Source of the DNA: Oculatellaceae cyanobacterium bins.114
GTDB taxonomy: Bacteria > Cyanobacteriota > Cyanobacteriia > Elainellales > Elainellaceae
Direction of reading: 5' to 3'
DNA length: 55,630 nucleotides
Assembly: GCA_033764315.1 (NCBI GenBank)
Contig: JANRJA010000145.1
Span: 1-55,630 of the forward strand
Shown here: positions 52,825 to 55,630 of the stretch, in pieces
Layout: the number at the start of each line of letters is the position of its first letter
How positions within the stretch are numbered: the first letter of the stretch is position 1
Program-made: the position numbers and the translations under genes
The notes under the pieces: generated by a model
Seen by the model: the letters and a program-made list of their open reading frames with translations, nothing else
What the model was told of the DNA's origin: nothing
Databases searched by the model: none

Positions 52825-53697
52825 ATGGCTCAAGCAAAAATTGGGATTATTGGTGGAAGCGGTTTGTACAAGATGGAAGCGTTGAAGGACGTTGAGGAGG
52901 TACAAATTGACACTCCCTTTGGTGCTCCTTCAGATGCGCTCATTGTAGGAACACTAGACGGGGTTTCTGTAGCGTTTTTAGCGCGACATGGGCGCAACCA
53001 TCATTTAATGCCGACCGAGTTGCCTTTTCGAGCTAATATCTACGCGATGAAAAGTTTGGGGGTGGAATACTTGATCTCTGCTTCTGCTGTTGGGTCGCTC
53101 AAAGCAGAAGCTAAACCATTGGATATGGTTGTGCCAGATCAGTTTATTGACCGCACAAAGAACCGGATCTCTACTTTTTTTGGAGAAGGTATCGTCGCCC
53201 ATATTGCCTTTGGCGACCCAGTATGCGGTAATTTGGCAGCTGTGTTAGGTGAGGCGATCGCCTCCTTAGAGTTGCCCGATGTGACCTTACATCGGGGGGG
53301 CACCTATGTGTGCATGGAAGGGCCTGCTTTTTCGACAAAGGCAGAATCAAACTTATATCGCAGTTGGGGTGCCACAGTTATTGGTATGACCAATCTGCCA
53401 GAGGCAAAACTGGCACGCGAGGCTGAAATTGCCTATGCAACTTTGGCATTAGTCACTGACTATGATTGCTGGCACCCTGATCACGACAGTGTCACGGTTG
53501 AGATGGTGATTGGCAATTTGATGAAGAATGCCGCTAATGCCCAACGAGTCATTCGTGAAACCATTCGGCGGCTCCATGAAAATCCCCCAACCTCAGATGC
53601 CCACTCTGCCCTAAAGTATGCCATTCTCACGCCGCTAGACAAAGTCCCTGCGGCAACGAAGGAGAAGCTAAGCTTGTTGTTGAAGAAGTATGTGTAA
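52825..53697 (+). CDS. mtnP: S-methyl-5'-thioadenosine phosphorylase
   Basis: [31 protein letters not shown] and VTDYDCW. Confidence 0.96.
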   Translation: MAQAKIGIIGGSGLYKMEALKDVEEVQIDTPFGAPSDALIVGTLDGVSVAFLARHGRNHHLMPTELPFRANIYAMKSLGVEYLISASAVGSLKAEAKPLDMVVPDQFIDRTKNRISTFFGEGIVAHIAFGDPVCGNLAAVLGEAIASLELPDVTLHRGGTYVCMEGPAFSTKAESNLYRSWGATVIGMTNLPEAKLAREAEIAYATLALVTDYDCWHPDHDSVTVEMVIGNLMKNAANAQRVIRETIRRLHENPPTSDAHSALKYAILTPLDKVPAATKEKLSLLLKKYV

Positions 53698-53827
53698 TTA
53701 GAGTTGGATGGGGCTGTCTCGATAAGGTATGAGCAGGTGTTGTGGTCAATAAAAAATGGTGGCTGAGGTGTCTCACATCGCAAGCCACACAACAGATTGT
53801 TACCTTTACCCGATGTTCAACTATGCC

Positions 53828-53895
53828 AGATCTCCGGTTTCTAGGGATGTAACCAGGCACCTTTCAGTCACCTCCAACAAGAAACCGGGGATCTA
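53828..53895. repeat. Inverted repeat between convergent genes
   Basis: AGATCTCCGGTTTCT...AGAAACCGGGGATCT. Confidence 0.55.
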
Positions 53896-53961
53896 AACTC
53901 CTAAATTGCACATCGCGTTACCTTAGCCTTTGTTCCTTTTTTAATCCTTGGGGGCTCCTTC

Positions 53962-55630
53962 TTATTCATTGGGGGTATGTCTTGAGAAAACGTAGATACG
54001 CTGGGTTTCTAGTTGCTCGCCAAGGTCAGATGGTTTAATCGTATTGGCTGCATTTAAACGAAAAACTTGGCGATCGAGTTGGACTTGCAAGTTGACCAGG
54101 GGGTCGCTGCCAGACGATATCAAAAATTCGATCTGCTCAATGCTTTGCCAGGTAGTGAGGTGGTCTAGAATTTGGGCGATCGCCTGTACACAGGGGTGAT
54201 CGGGCTGTTGATACCAATCAGCCGCAACGATATTGGGTTGGTCGAAACCGAAGTGGATCTTGAGCGATGATTTACTAAACAGGGCGATCGCCACGGGACG
54301 GGCTTCTTCTTGCAACAACAGGTCATAGGTTTTCGCTAAATGTCGCAGTTTTTCAAGTCGTTCATAGCGTTCTGTGACGGATTTAGGTTCATCTCGCCAA
54401 TGAATTGCTACGGTCACTAAATAAGTCTGTAACAGGAGATGTCCCAATTTTTGGGCTTTAGTTGCCAAATATTCAGCATTGTAGGGAGTTGCCTCAATTA
54501 ACAGCGGCATCCGGTCTACCATCTCTAACCCATAGCCCTTCAAGCCAGCTATTTTGCGTGGGTTATTGGTGATCAGGCAAAACTGTTTGGTTCCTAAATC
54601 ATTGAGAATTTGAGCTCCAATGCCATAGTTGCGCTGATCGGCTTGAAAGCCCAATCGTTCGTTTGCCTCTACGGTGTCTAACCCCATGTCTTGTAGAGAA
54701 TAGGCTTTGAGTTTATTGACCAAGCCAATTCCTCGCCCTTCCTGTCGCAGATAAACCACAATTCCCTGTCCGGCATTCTCAATCATTTTAAGAGCGGACT
54801 GCAACTGCATGCGGCAGTCACATCGTAGAGAACCGAGTGCATCTCCGGTCAAGCATTCCGAGTGAACTCGCACCATCACAGGTTTGTCTTGAAACGTTGC
54901 CGGATCGCCTTTTACGATCGCCAAATGTTCTGAGCGATCGAGCAAGTTGCGGTAGGCATAGACTTTGAAGTGCCCAAACTCAGTGGGTAAATCTGCCACG
55001 GCCTCACGTTGCACAAACCGCTCATGTTGTAAGCGATAGCTAATCAAATCGGCAATGCTAATCAGCTTTAGTTGATGTTGTTTGGCGTATTCAACGAGGT
55101 GAGGTAACCGCGCCATTGAGCCATCAAGGTTTTGAATTTCACAGATGACTCCCGCTGGATATAACCCTGCTAATCGAGCTAAATCAACTCCGGCTTCGGT
55201 ATGCCCAGCCCGCTTTAAAACGCCTCCATCCTTAGCTCGTAAAGGAAAGATGTGACCTGGACGGCGCAGGTCTTGAGGTTGACTGTTGGGGTTAATTGCA
55301 ATTTGAATGGTGCGAGCGCGATCGTCGGCAGAGATGCCTGTTGTGACACCAAGATGAACTGCTCCATCAATGCTGACGGTAAAAGCAGTTTGCTCACTCT
55401 CGTCTTCTTTCATGTTGCTCACCATCAGGGGCAAATCGAGTTGATCGAGGCGATCGCCTGTCATTGCCAAACAAATCAGTCCGCGAGCTTCAACGGCCAT
55501 GAAATTAATCATGTCAGGTGTAGCAAATTGAGCCGCACAAATAACATCGCCTTCATTTTCACGATTTTCATCATCGACGACGACAACGGCTCGCCCCGAC
55601 TTGAGATCTGCTAAAGCAGCGTCAATCGAA
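53962..55630 (-). CDS. ribBA: Bifunctional DHBP synthase / GTP cyclohydrolase II (5' end runs off the window)
   Basis: [37 protein letters not shown] and CDC...QEGRGIG. Confidence 0.97.
   Translation of the reverse strand, partial: SIDAALADLKSGRAVVVVDDENRENEGDVICAAQFATPDMINFMAVEARGLICLAMTGDRLDQLDLPLMVSNMKEDESEQTAFTVSIDGAVHLGVTTGISADDRARTIQIAINPNSQPQDLRRPGHIFPLRAKDGGVLKRAGHTEAGVDLARLAGLYPAGVICEIQNLDGSMARLPHLVEYAKQHQLKLISIADLISYRLQHERFVQREAVADLPTEFGHFKVYAYRNLLDRSEHLAIVKGDPATFQDKPVMVRVHSECLTGDALGSLRCDCRMQLQSALKMIENAGQGIVVYLRQEGRGIGLVNKLKAYSLQDMGLDTVEANERLGFQADQRNYGIGAQILNDLGTKQFCLITNNPRKIAGLKGYGLEMVDRMPLLIEATPYNAEYLATKAQKLGHLLLQTYLVTVAIHWRDEPKSVTERYERLEKLRHLAKTYDLLLQEEARPVAIALFSKSSLKIHFGFDQPNIVAADWYQQPDHPCVQAIAQILDHLTTWQSIEQIEFLISSGSDPLVNLQVQLDRQVFRLNAANTIKPSDLGEQLETQRIYVFSRHTPNE

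Overview
Cyanobacterial chromosomal window. The HIP1 octamer GCGATCGC is abundant, and petM, a hik2-like kinase and cruE/cruH-like genes are present. Most of it is a housekeeping backbone: lepA, moaD, petM, pdxA, a GH100 invertase, ilvB, TPP riboswitch-thiC, hsp20, mtnP and ribBA. The main accessory island is at about 21.9-29.7 kb. There, two different REP-associated tyrosine transposases (RAYT), each with its own REPs, bracket a diversity-generating retroelement (DGR) remnant. The remnant is a 1156-aa HEAT/NACHT/FGE-sulfatase (CLec) gene whose 3' end looks like a DGR variable repeat, followed by an avd gene cut off next to a REP; I saw no template repeat or reverse transcriptase. After this come a Fic pseudogene and an unexplained array of eight 21-bp units with a palindromic core, upstream of an uncharacterised 158-aa helical protein. 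Smaller oddities are an in-frame TAA in ilvB, a degenerate IS200 next to a TIR gene fragment, a membrane protein/P-loop/TPR operon, and many REP, MITE and heptamer repeats. All calls come from reading motifs by eye; no database searches were run.
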